From: Epiperipatus broadwayi
Taxonomy: Eukaryota; Animalia; Onychophora
Assembly: GCA_028023455.1 (NCBI GenBank)
Contig: JAQFVV010000002.1
Location: forward strand, 8,928,001 to 8,992,000
Direction: 5' to 3'
Length of the DNA: 64,000 nucleotides
Shown here: positions 24,050 through 36,999 of the stretch, piece after piece
Numbering within the stretch: the stretch's first letter is position 1
Layout of the letters: each line of letters begins with the position of its first letter
Translations under genes and position numbers: made by a program
The notes under the pieces: generated by a model
The model's input: the letters and a program-made list of their open reading frames with translations, nothing else
What the model was told of the DNA's origin: nothing
Database searches by the model: none

Positions 24050-27000
24050 ATTTCCATATTTTTCTTTATCCTGCTCCATCCCATTTTCACAACATAATCT
24101 TTGTCAACTCCATGACCTTTATATCCAAATTCCCCTTATCTTTTTTTAAACCCAATATAAAAACCAAGAACATACTTTCTGTATAATCACTTAGTTTATA
24201 TTTATTTTTCCACATCTTCATTATTTGTACTCTTTCTGCTTGCAGGCATTTACATTCAATTAACAGATGTCTAATATTTTCTATGATTTCTTTACATTAT
24301 CGTAAATTAACTGTATTCCATTTACTTTTGCATATATTTAAACACTTTTTATTCTTCATAACTAGTTCTCCAACTCCCTACTCTTTATTAAAGCATTTAT
24401 TCTTCTATCTCATTCCTTACCACTATAACACTCAACTATTCTCCTAACCCAAACCACCTTTTGTATAAGTATACTGATAAATTTTTTATCCAAATCTTCT
24501 GCATACCATACTATCTTTCTCACCCATCTTGTTGCCTTCCCTTTACTAGTAACCCAATTAAATACTATTTTGGCTTTTTTCTTATTATCCATAAACTGCA
24601 ATCTAACAAACATTTTCATTTTGCTTTTTGCATTTCTCATATAAAAACTTGACCATCCCATTTCTCTTTGAATTGCCTCCTTTGCCGTCCACACATCTGT
24701 ACCTAATGCATGTTTTCCTACTTCTCTTTGTACTTTTCAAAGTAATCTAATATACCTCTACTAACATATAATGCATCATTATCATATGTTCTACTACTGC
24801 CACTTCCTTCCATACAATTCTAACTACATCATATTTATTGTATGAAAACACTGTTAATTTCATTATCAATCCCTTTTTTTTCTTTGCTTCATTTATCATT
24901 TTTTTCTCCCATTCATCCAAGCAATTTCTCTGATTACTTAAGACAATTCCCAAATAGTTATTATACCTATTTACCACACATAAGTTTATATTCCCAAATA
25001 AAAATTCTTTGTCTTTTTTTCCCCAGTATTAATCATCATTACTTTTTATTTTTTCTCACTAAATTTAATCCCCATCTCTTTATCCATCCTTTTGCATGCC
25101 CTCAGCATAACTTTCATATCATTCCTTCTTTCTGTGCACAAGAAGACATCCACAAATAAAAGACTTGATAATGTATATACCCCCTTCCCGCCTATTAATG
25201 GTATCTCTACCTCTCTTCCTAGTCTTTCTACTGCTCTCTCCATTTCTTTCAAATACAACAAAAACAAAATAATTAACATAGGGCATTCTTGCCTTAGCCC
25301 CATCCCATTTTAAACAAACTGATTCTATATTCCCTAATTGATACATATAGTAATTATTTTCACATGTCTTAATAATATCCACTAAAGCTCCATCCATTAT
25401 CAAACTTACTAAACTTACTCATAATCTATTTCTATTTATTCTATCATATACCTTCTCTATATTTATATAAACTATACATAACTGTCTCATTGTATTTCTA
25501 CTCATATCTATAAGCTGTGTAACTACAAATAAACTATCTCCTATACACCTATCTGATCGATAATCTCCTTGCATTTCTCCTACTATATTATTTACTTCCA
25601 TCCATTTTGCAACCCTTCCAGTCACATATATGCAAAAACTTTTATATAAAACCAATGTTACTGCTATTGATTTATAATTGGTTAACTTTCTATGATCATT
25701 ATTCTTTACTTTAGATAGCAGTCTTACTCCAACTACCTGGAAAATCTTCTTGTGCCATCTTATTAAAACATGATAATAGTTTTAATTTTGCCCTATGTCC
25801 TAAATTCATTACCATCTCTGCTGCCCATCCATCCAAACCTCTTGCCTTTCCACTTTTCAATTTCTTCTCTGCTTCATTCAGTTCATTTTCTCTAAACCTA
25901 ATATTTCCATTATTATATGCTTTCATGTTTATTATCACTCTGTCCTTCACATCTAACATCTTTTCTATATCCATCACATTTATTTAAGATTGTCTCTCTA
26001 ATTGTTTTCTACAGCTACACTCTATTCCCTAATCATCTAGTAATACTATTTCACTTCCCTACATGCCTTCTTTTAATGTATTTCCAAAAATTTTTACTCC
26101 CATCTCTTCCACTTTTATTAACATTTTCCAACAATTTACTATTCAATTTCATTGTCTCTCTATAATCATCTATTTTAGCCAACTTCTTTTTTTAAATAGT
26201 TTTCCCATTCAACATTAACATCTTTTTCACTTTCTTTGTTCTTAATAGCACACATATTCTCTGCATATTTATTTCCTCTCTTTTACACTTTTACTAATGC
26301 CCACTTTCCTATTACTTTTATTCTTCTGAATATTCTCACCTAAAATCCTATTTGCACTTTTTCTACTTTGCCACACCACACCAGTCCTTATATTCACCCC
26401 CAACCAGCTTTTCCTTGGTTTCTTTAACTTTTATTTTATATTCTTCTAATTAATTCTTATCATTCATTCTCCATCCACATCTTTCACTATTCTTTCTACT
26501 TCTATTACTATTTTCTTACGATCACTATTACATACTCTCTCTTCATTATCAAACACTTTAATTTTCCGTACTTTATTAATTCCCTCTTTCTTTACTAATA
26601 GATATTTTTTTGTGTGAAATATATTATTGTCCTTCATAAATATTTAACAAAATTCCAATGCTCAGATTCACTCTCTGACAAAAAATTCTTCAAACGCCGT
26701 TCCTTCAATATGCTCATTCCTCTTTTCTTTAAAACTGTATATTCTTAACTAGGCATTCATATATGCTACTGTTCCATTCCATTATAGTTTGACTATCTCC
26801 AGTGGCTATATACACAAAGTCACCATCGATTTTTGTCTTCCTAACCTTCTTTCAAACCACAAATGTTCTTGATATTTAACAGTATTTAAATATTTTTTGA
26901 CATAAATCCTATATCACTACTTCTTTTTTCTTTTCTATTTATACTCTGTCATATCAAATCTTCCAGTATATGTTCTTCTTCTCTTAAATATGTTTCTACT

Positions 27001-27100
27001 ACTGCTAGTACCCAAACCTCTTCATTCTTAACTGCTTTGTTTATTCCCAGCCTCTTTTCTGGTCTCCTACCACTTTGCATATTCAAATATCCAATTTTTC
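24050..27100 (-). pseudogene. ORF2: APE endonuclease and reverse transcriptase
   Basis: KIGYLNMQSGRR and VLAVETYLRE (APE start), KSGKARGLDG, GEMQGDYRSDR, GLRQECP, LLFVD and EAIQREMGWSSF, with many stops. Confidence 0.85.
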
Positions 27101-27349
27101 TTTCCTAACTACTCTTTTATAAATTCTTTTGACTCTTTCTTCTACATTACATTTATAAATAACTTGCTTACCATTAATTTTACAGACCCATTCCCTTTCT
27201 ACATCTACATTTATATCCAAATCAGCTAGCCTTTGATTATTTTTTACATCCTATCTATTCTTTTTCCTGATAACACTGCCACTTAACCCCCCCCCCCTTT
27301 ATAAGTTTCCCAAACTTTATTTTATATAAATCAAATTCCCTAAAACTCC

Positions 27350-28200
27350 ATTTCCTTGTTTTCCTAAGTGCAATCAATCTTTACTATATAACTTCCTCTT
27401 ACTAATAAAAATATCCCACACACCCACAAACATAATTTCTCTCACACAATTTTTTCAATCTCTCATTTATAGAACTTGTCTTATCTAACATATACTTTTT
27501 GTCAAATCTTGGTAAAAATCTAACTATTCCTATTCTTCCTTTAATCGTATTCAAATTCCTAATCAAGTCTCTGTATTCATCCATTATTCTTTCTGATGGC
27601 TCTGACAAAATATTAGTCCCTACTATAACAGACACATCCCAAATTCTAGCTCCAGGAAAACATATTTTTATATATGTGTTTCTATTTTCTCTTGCAATCA
27701 ATATCTCCATATTCTCTAATTAGCAAATCTCCTATCAGTACTACTTCATAGTCTACTTTCCCTACTTCATCCATAACATTCTCTATCACCTTCTGGACTC
27801 CCTTATCTACTTCCTCATCATTTCTATTCAATAATTCCTTTATCTGCTCACACTTCATCTCTAACAATTTTAATTTTGCTTCTACATCCTTTACCTCTTC
27901 CTCTATCTTACTTATTCTTTGGCTAACCATCTCCATTGCACTATTAATTTTTCCATCCATATCTCATGTCACTCCACTAAAACCATATTCTATCCTATCT
28001 ACCTCAATTACATTTTGCTCCATTTCTCCTGATTTTCTTTTTAAACTATCTACACTTAGAAAAAAAACTTTTTCACCCCATCACATTTACATAATCTACA
28101 TAACCATAAACCTGTTACATTTTTCCTAGTCTTATTTAAGCATTTGATGTTATAAACCTCATTACATTAGGTACTCTACCACAGCATGCCTAATTTCTTT
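27350..28200 (-). pseudogene. ORF1: PHD-like finger, coiled coil and SGNH/GDSL esterase
   Basis: YNIKCLNKTRKNVTGLWLCRLCK (PHD C-terminal half, ~28075-28150), heptad-rich RISKIEEEVKDVEAKLKLLE, then VVLIGDLLIRE, CFPGARI, VGTN and SINERLKKLC (esterase blocks). Confidence 0.7.
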
Positions 28201-29429
28201 CTATTATATATGCATTATGGGATTCAAATGCACACCATATTTCTTATTTTTCAAGTCACCTACTCTATATTTAACTTTTTGCTTTCTCTCTTATTCTTCA
28301 AACTCCTTTACACAAAAAGAGAAAAACTATTTTCTTTCAATGGCAATCGATAAACATGTTTCTTACCTTAGGCCTCAAAACATTATCTTTTTTTTTCTTC
28401 AAATAAATCACTTCCTTTCTTAAATTAAAAAATTCTTTAGTAACAAACTTATTAAAAACCAACTAATCTTAAGTACAACTTAGTAGTTATAAAATCTCCT
28501 TACATTAACACACACTCATTAAATGATTTTTTTTTTTTTTTACTTGTAGATTTAAAATGGCGAAACAAAATACTTTCTAAATGTTAACAATTTGCGATCT
28601 TTCCCAATATCTCTAGATCACAATTTTCTCTCCACTTTCAAACAATAAGCAATCAGTCTTTGTAGCAATGATCCCGGAAGATTATTCTCAACAGAAAAAA
28701 ATAAACTTTAACTTAACTTGCAGAACAGAATAGTCATGTCAGCACAGTAAGTCAGCCAAAGTAAGCAACCATTGAACAGTGTCTCCTAGCATCTTGTAGT
28801 TTAAATGTTGGGTTATCAATAGTTAGAGATTATTTTTGATACAAAATCTTTTTGCCTTCGCTATAAACTGAAGTCTTTGTTGTTGTTGTAAAATAGAGAC
28901 TATTTTCCCCTCCCCGTATTTCAATTTATATATGGTACAATCATTGATTATAAAAATATATTTAAAGTAATATTTAAATCATGCCAAAAGTTTTGATTTT
29001 AATTCTATTAATAAAATTAGCATATTATTCTTTGAAATTCTAAATATTTTTATTTAACATTGAACAGTTTCCAAAGTTTACTTTCACTTTTAATCGGAGT
29101 GATTTCTAGTAAATTAGAAATGTTTGATCCATAGAATGACTCAGATTTGGGGAAATTCAGAATTAATGAATTTAAAAAATATATATTTGCTCCACTGATT
29201 TTAAAATATATTTTTAAAAAATCAATTTATATTAGGAGAATAATTTAACTTTAAAAAAAGATTAAGAGCAAGGTAATGGAGAACGTTATTCTGTAATCAG
29301 GATAATGAATTATTTATAATAATAAAAATATATAAAGCAAGAAAAATTTTTTTTCTCATAATACTGATGTTTCTTTAAATGCAATGTAAGATTTGAAATA
29401 CCGGCACTCTTATACCTGGAGCCTAATTG

Positions 29430-30188
29430 TAAATATAGGGGATTTGAATTCAGACTTTCAAGCCTCTTCACTATCCACACAATCTCATACTACTGATACA
29501 CATGACCACACACATGCAGAAAAGATAAATAATCACCAATTTACTTATTTCGTGCTAAACCAGCACAAATCAGTTGGTCCAGACTACATTCTCACATACA
29601 TATATATTCAGTGCTCAGTTTATCTTAAGATAGCAAATCCTTACACTTTAATGGACAGGCTTCAACCCACTCCAACTCTTCAGCTATCCATATTATTGAA
29701 AATCTGATGATAGAATTCCCAAATCCCATGCTGATGCCAATACTGTTGTAATGCCCATGTTGACCTCAAATCACTCTGACCCCTCGCATATGTATTTAAA
29801 TGGATACTGTCCTATATGTGAGGGGTCAGAGTGACTTGTTGTCAATATGGGCATGACAACAATATTAGCATCCGCATGAGATTTGGGAATTCTATCATCA
29901 GATTTTCAATAGTATGGATGGCTGAAGAGTTGGAGATTGGAGTAGGCTGAAGCCTGTCCATTAAAGTGTAAGGATTTGCTATCTTAATATAAACTGAGCA
30001 CTGATTATATATATGTGTGGGAGATGAAAATCTGGACCAACTGATGAGTGCTGGTTCAGCATGAAATATATATATATTGGTGATTATTTATCTTTTCTAC
30101 ATGTGTGTGGTCATGTGTGTCAATGGTATGAGTTAGCATGGATAGTTGAAGAATGCTTGAAAGTCTGAGTTCAAATTCCCTATATTTA
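29430..30188. repeat. ~760-bp near-palindromic foldback element
   Basis: Arms ~29430-29791 and ~29813-30188 are reverse complements (roughly 85% by eye) around a ~21-nt spacer. TA occurs at both outer ends. Confidence 0.95.
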
Positions 30189-31551
30189 AATGCAATGCTA
30201 AATTAAGATTATTTAGAAAAAAAAATGGAGTTCACTTTAAAGAAAAGGAAGATTCCTAATAGCAACTTACTAATATTATAATTATAGAAAAGAACTTAAC
30301 AAAACAGATTAGAATTAATGAAACTGTTAATATTAAAATGAATAATTAAATAATTTTGTCACTCAAGGAAGTGACAGTTGAGATCAGAATTTTTTTTATT
30401 TTTGAATTTACTATTTTACCACCAGCTTAATCATTTAGAGAATTTAAAATTATGACAATAATATAGTTGAGAAAAAAAAAATTAAAAAGATTAATCGTTT
30501 TACTTATGTAAAAACCTATTAATCTTAACTACTAATGGAAGTAAAGAGAAATGAAAAGCTCAGTGGTTAGTCAGACTTTCAGAAACCAATTAAAACTTAA
30601 ATAAGCACTAAATGCTTTCTTTTGTTGGAAGGGTAATTTTACATATTTAAGAGAGATAGAAAAATGTTTTTGAAATATATATTTGCAAAAGCCTGAAAAG
30701 GTAAGTTTTATAAATAGGCAGATAGAAATCAACATCTTCCTATTTTTCTATTGTTGAACTTATTACAATAACATAACTTTTCTTTTTCTCATTATTTTTG
30801 CATTATTTAAGCAATCTTATTTTATTTTCATCTTCTGTTTTTGCAGAACCTGCAGTTTTTATTAGAGATCTACAAATATTTTACATTTTATTATATTATG
30901 TTGCATTATAGGATATCAAATGTCAATTTTAAATACATTTCACTTTGCATTTTAAATGTTTATAATTATATATAAACATATTTTGTAAAAATTAAAACAA
31001 TTTCAATTCTTTTTTAAAAAAAAAACAAACATTAAAAAATCTTACATCAGCAGATTTCAACCTTTTAGTATTTGAGATTTTACTTTCTGTATCAGCTTTA
31101 ATCATGCCTTCTTCCAATAATTTTCTGGAGCCCAGATATTTTTTTCTATATTTATTTGTCTTTTGCTGTTGATATGCATCAAAAAGGCTAAATTTCTACA
31201 TGAATTATGTCACACTTGGCAACACTGTTGCCTCACTGTATTTCTCAGTTTTTCATGAAAAATTCTAATCTGTTACAAACATATGTTCAACAATCACAGT
31301 AGGTTCTGTATGACTGACGTTGGGCACATGTGACTTGATTAATAGATAGGTGTAATAATTTAAATTGCTTTATAAAAATGAGCAATTTTCAAACATAAAA
31401 TCATAGATAAATTTTTAATTTTGGATTCACAAAAACTGAAATAAGTGATGAGGACAAACCTGTCTGTTTTAATGAAAATTTTGGTGGCAGACAGTATGAA
31501 AACAAACAAGTTTAAATGACATTTGGAATCTTGGTAATTTTGCTGTTAAAA

Positions 31552-31622
31552 GCATTGGTGGCCTAGTGGTTAGCATAGCTGCCTTCCAAGCAGCTGGCCC
31601 AGGTTCGCTTCTGGTCAACGAT
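31552..31622 (+). pseudogene. tRNA-Gly(TCC) pseudogene
   Basis: GCATTGGTGGCCTAGTGGTTAGCATAGCTGCCTTCCAAGCAGCTGGCCCAGGTTCGCTTCTGGTCAACGA closely follows metazoan tRNA-Gly(TCC). The anticodon arm is perfect, but the acceptor stem has two mismatches and the T-arm has a deletion. Confidence 0.8.
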
Positions 31623-33634
31623 GAAAAAGAAGACAGTTGTATAAAATAATAAAAATATCTTAAAATAGAATATTAAAAGAAATAGTAATGTTGAAATTTT
31701 AAAATGGATTATTAAAAATCATATTTTAAAATAAATATAAATAATATAATAAGTTTTATTATAAATGTTTAAATTTAAGAGAAAGTAAATATTAATATTC
31801 ACATAAATGTTCTGGACATTTATACAGTAAAGGTAGGCTATATATTTTAAATTTAGCTTTTATTCATGATTAGCATACTTTAGATATATAACTATCAAAG
31901 TGCTATGATTATGATATTGTTATATATCAAAGCATGAATAGAAGCTAAATTTAAAATATATAGACTAACTTTTTTATGTGAAAATTCAATTATTCAGAAA
32001 AAAATAAAAAAATCTTTGGTATTGAAAAATTAAATAATAAATTGAACAAACTAGATTAAAACAGTCTAGTTTGTTTCTCTTATCAAAGATTAAAGTTAGA
32101 TTAAAAGAATATATGTTTTAATTCATATTTGAATGAGTTTTTTACTACAAAAACAACATTATTAAGTATACTAGTGTTAAAAGAAAAAGGGTTTAAGAGT
32201 TTAATTTAAAAAAATCTCTATCTTTTGATTTAAGTAAATAAATTAAAAATAAAATAATTAAAGATTAAGAATGATTTTAATGTAAATTTTCATTTTGTCT
32301 TTGGATATAAGATATTTAAAAACAACATAAAATTCAATGAATTAAATAATTGTTATTTTGAAATTTCATGTAATTAAAGTAAACTAATGCCATCTAGATT
32401 AAGTAAAATAAAGAAGTCATCATGGTGTTGGTAAACAGGAGGTCAGTAGTAGGTAGGATTTTCTTGAAATTAGTTTTGATTTTTTGTTTTATTCATCTTC
32501 ATTAAACTGCTATTATAATGACTGAGAAGAAAGAAAAACTAACCATCAGCTGCCAAACAGATGAGGAGAGGAATTGCCACCTCTCTAGGAAACTAATAAA
32601 AGACAGTGATTTGGGAGAAAAAGAAACATGATAATAAAATTAATTAATTAGTGCATGCCATTGAGAGACAAATACTAGTCCATTTAGAAATCTTTACAAC
32701 AAACTGTAGAGAGAACCCTGTGGCTGCAGAACTTTATGCTATGATTTGATATTTGTATGTAAGTCAAAAAAAAAAAAAAAACAAACACCTGTTTATTATT
32801 TAAACTGATATGCTAAAGTAGATAAACATTTTAAGTTTTATTTTTAGATGACCTTTTAAACTATATTAATTATAACAACTACATTTTATTAAATATAAAA
32901 TATTTATAAAAAATAAATAAATTCTAAAAATGAAATAAAATATTTATTTGTATATGATAAACTATCTAATTGATTAATTAGTGAATATTTTATCAGCATT
33001 TTTTGTTTAGTGTAGGTGTATATATATATTGTAACTGTATTTAAAGCAGCTAAAATATAAAATCCACTTTGTCTTATTATATATACTGTATATATAATTA
33101 TTTAAAATTTTATCTCCTTAAAATATATATAAAATAAAGGTTTTCTTTTCATGTGGAAATTGTCATGAATATTAAACAAGGAAAATAGACAGTAGTAAGT
33201 AATAGTCATATATATGACGTGTGTAAGTATATTTAATGTGTGGTGCCCAATTATTAGAAATATGAGTGCTAATATAATTAGGTATGAGTTATTATTAAAA
33301 AGGAATTTGGATTTAAAATAATCATTCCCTAGAATTATTGTTGTAATTCAAACCTAAATCGAAAATTTTGAGTGTGAAAATATATTTGTAAAATAATATA
33401 GGCGTTATTGCATAATTTGCATATAATTACTTTACTCAGAGTTATGAAGATGAGAGCACGTCTCTTGAAAGCACTTGCACCTATATTATTTTATAAATAG
33501 AATTATTGTTATAAGGTACTAAGATTTGCATTCACTTGGAATTCAAATTTTATATTAGATTTAGAGTGTGATTCAGTTATGAAGTAAAAATAGAAATAAA
33601 TGAATTATATTTGTGAGATGCAGTTATGCATAGA

Positions 33635-34296
33635 TAAATGTTAAAAAGACTAAAGTAATGTTTAATCGATTTTCTCAAAATATGAAAATAAAGATTGATT
33701 ATGATGAGTTAGAAGAAGTTAACAGTTACAAATATCTTGGTCAGATTATTAATGCAGATGGAAACATAATGGATGAAATTAATCATAGAATTAAACTTGG
33801 TTGGAGTGCTTTTGGTAGAAATAACTTGGTACTAAAAGAAAATATGCCAATGTGTTTGAAAAGGAAGGTTTTTAATAAATGTGTTTTGCCAGTTCTTACT
33901 TATGGATCTGAGACTTGAACACTTAATAGAGGAGCAATACCGAGACTTCAGACCACTCAAAGAAGTATGGTAAGAGTAACAAGAAGAGAGTGAAAATGCA
34001 ATATATGGGTAAGAGAACAAACATGTTACTGACCTCATTAAAAAATTAAAAGACTGAAGTGGAGTTGGGCTAGACATATTGCTAGAAGAGATAATAGATG
34101 GACAATTGAAATCTTAAACTGGATTTCAAGAGATTGTAAAAGACCCAGAAAGAAACCACATGTGAGATGGATGGATGAAATAAAAAAGTGTGCAGATATG
34201 ATGTGGAGAAGAGAAGCTAAATATCAGAGAAGATGGATTGAACTTGGAGAGACTTCATCCTGTTGTGGATTAATAATGGTTGATTATGATGATGAT
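33635..34296 (+). mobile_element. 5'-truncated RTE LINE
   Basis: KKTKVMF, YKYLGQ, INHRIKLGWSAFG, KRKVFNKCVLPVLTYGSET and LKWSWARHI, ending in a (GAT)n tail. Confidence 0.9.
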
Positions 34297-34699
34297 ATTA
34301 ATGATCTGGGATTTACTTAGTGGCAGGTATACTTGATTGTATAATTATATCAATATGCAATTAAAAAAGTTAATTTTAAAATTAATCTATATAAACCTTG
34401 GACATTTTGTAATATATAAGACTGTTAGCATAATTTGTTTGAAATTATAAATTAAGAGATAGTTGAGAAATGACTATTAAATAAATCATTACCATTCAAT
34501 TAAATTTATTAGATTAAATTATAACCATAAAGGCATTCAAATTATATTAAAAGAATTTCACATATGTAATCAGTAATGAAAGTATGTTTATGGTAAACAT
34601 AATTTATATATTTTCTGACAATTATGATGCTTTATAGATAAATTATTATTTTGTTATTTGTTTAAATAGTGTGTGTTTAGCTTCTTTATAAGAATAATA

Positions 34700-35300
34700 T
34701 TGCCTGGTTCACATATTATTTCCATGTCCCTTTCATTGGGAATATTTCTTGTTATACATGATTTGACCAGGTATTTTAAATTGTGTGTCATCCTCATATT
34801 TTAAGAAAAATTTTTCTGAATTCTGTTAAAATATAAAGTTAAGTATATGTCCCTATATATTTTCTAAAAGTATTGTCATATAGTGCTTGGATCAATTAAA
34901 CCATATCAAAAAGAATACTCCACTGTACTCTTCCATCCTTCAAGAAAAATATGTCCCATGTTTCATTCTTCAGTTTTATCCTTTTTGTTAATTTCTAATA
35001 TCTTAGATTTTTTTTTTTTGCTTCATTGAATTTTTATTTTAGTACCTCAGCATTTCTGCTAACAACTTTCTATCTTATCATATTATTTTTAAAAAGTGCT
35101 GATCATCACATAAAAAGAAAGTTGGCATATATATTCTCTGATTTTTACTGTGAAAATCCTATGCTTATACCAAATCTTTATGTGTCAACCTTCATTTCTT
35201 TTAGAAACAAAATAAATACTAAAGATGGCAATAAACATTTCTGTTTTAAGACAATTTCACATTTAATTTCCACTGATTCTATGTTTTCTGATATTGATTA
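34700..35300 (-). pseudogene. Highly decayed LINE reverse transcriptase fragment
   Basis: Minus-strand FLCDDQHF (FADDQ-like) near 35100, followed by KSKIL. Confidence 0.35.
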
Positions 35301-36999
35301 AAATTATCTTTATAAAAATCTTTAATTACTTCTAAAAACTCAGAATTTTTTCCCAAATTTTTCCACATTTTATTCATATTATCATTTTTTTTTTTTTTTA
35401 CATTTAAAAATATTATGCACAATAAATAATTGTTTATAATCCCTATACAACACTTCTATCAGTTGAATAATTATGAATAAATTATATCTATTTATTTTCC
35501 TACATTATATTTTATTCTGAATATCTCTTAAAATGTTGTGCTTTCCAATTCAATCTCTAATAGTATAATATTATCCATTTATATTAGTGTTTTACAATCA
35601 TATATATATATATTACAATGGACAATAGGCACACTAATATCCATTATCAAAGATTGCCATTAGACCTATAAACTAGAAAATGAGAGTTTATTGGTGAGGA
35701 TATCAACTATAAATGGCCTACCATAGCTGTACCATTATTCAGATATTTAAAATTGTCTCAAGGTCACAGAGAACAGAGATTTTTTGCAAATATTAATTGA
35801 CAGAGCAGACATCAGTAAACAAAGCTCTGAAACAAATCTAACAATCAATAAAACTAAGTTTATTTATAATGTAACACATCATAATATAGTGCAGTTCAAT
35901 TATAACAGAAGTCAGATATATCAGAGTTCAAATACAATAATTCTAAAGTAATATAATTCAAATACATTAGGGTTCAAATACAACAAAGTTCATATACAAA
36001 TGCATTTGAATGGTAATAAACTCTTAATTTTAGCATGGAATGCATTTGATAATTGGAAGTTTTAAATATTACACTTGACAAAAAATTATTTACATTATTG
36101 GATCATCTCTGACGTTTGATAATTATTCTATGATTGATCAAGATATGTGCATATATATATTTCACTTTTGCATCAAACAAACAATCAATAATAAAGCAGC
36201 CTTAATCCATTATAAATTTTTACACATGTAATCCATTACAAAATTAAGCCTATATACTGTGCATGACCCTACACCACCAAAAACATAGAGTGATAATAAA
36301 ATAGGCCTCTTAATCACTCATATTATAAAGCAAAAAAAATGTATAATTCATTGGGAGAAATGTCTCTATCCAATGTAAAACAAACCATATATATTACAGG
36401 TAGGTGAGTAAACATATAAATTCACTTTGATGAATAAATACACAGGATCGCTATGCACCCACATATATATACCAATTCTTTTAATTTCATAAGTGACACA
36501 AACAAGCAAAACTGCTACCAAATTTAATTACTTTATCAAATGATTTATAGCTATTTGTATATCGCATTAAACACACATATAAATTAATGACTTTGAAAAT
36601 CTTCAGAGTGACTAGAAATTTTACTTATTAAATATAAATTATAAAGAAAATCTTCTATCTCTCTTTTTTAAACTTTTTTTTTTTTTGTTTGTTTAAAACT
36701 TTTCTTTAAAAGCAACATGGATCTGAGGAAAAGAAAAAAATTAAAATAATGTATAAGTAAACTAGTTTTTTTTTTTAAATCTAAATTAAAACTACCTTGC
36801 TATATCAGATACTCTAAATTAGATGTGTTATAACATATCAACATTAAACAGTATTTTTACAACTAATAAATGCATAAATACATGAATTTACATAAATTAT
36901 AAGTATCACTGACTTGTTGGTAAAGCAAAAAATGTCTTTTAAAATAGGAAAAGAGATGGTTGCATCAATATAGTTTTCTAGAAAAGCTGAATTGTATAT

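Larger units (their letters stand above)
23950..28480 (-). mobile_element. Near full-length RTEX-like non-LTR retrotransposon (decayed)
   Basis: ORF1 and ORF2 remnants are collinear on the minus strand, with strong purine bias on that strand throughout. Ends are approximate. Confidence 0.8.

Noticed and set aside
24461-26165. Plus-strand ORFs 24461-24652, 24842-25159, 25092-25313 and 25917-26165
   Set aside because: Antisense shadows of the purine-rich RTEX ORF2.
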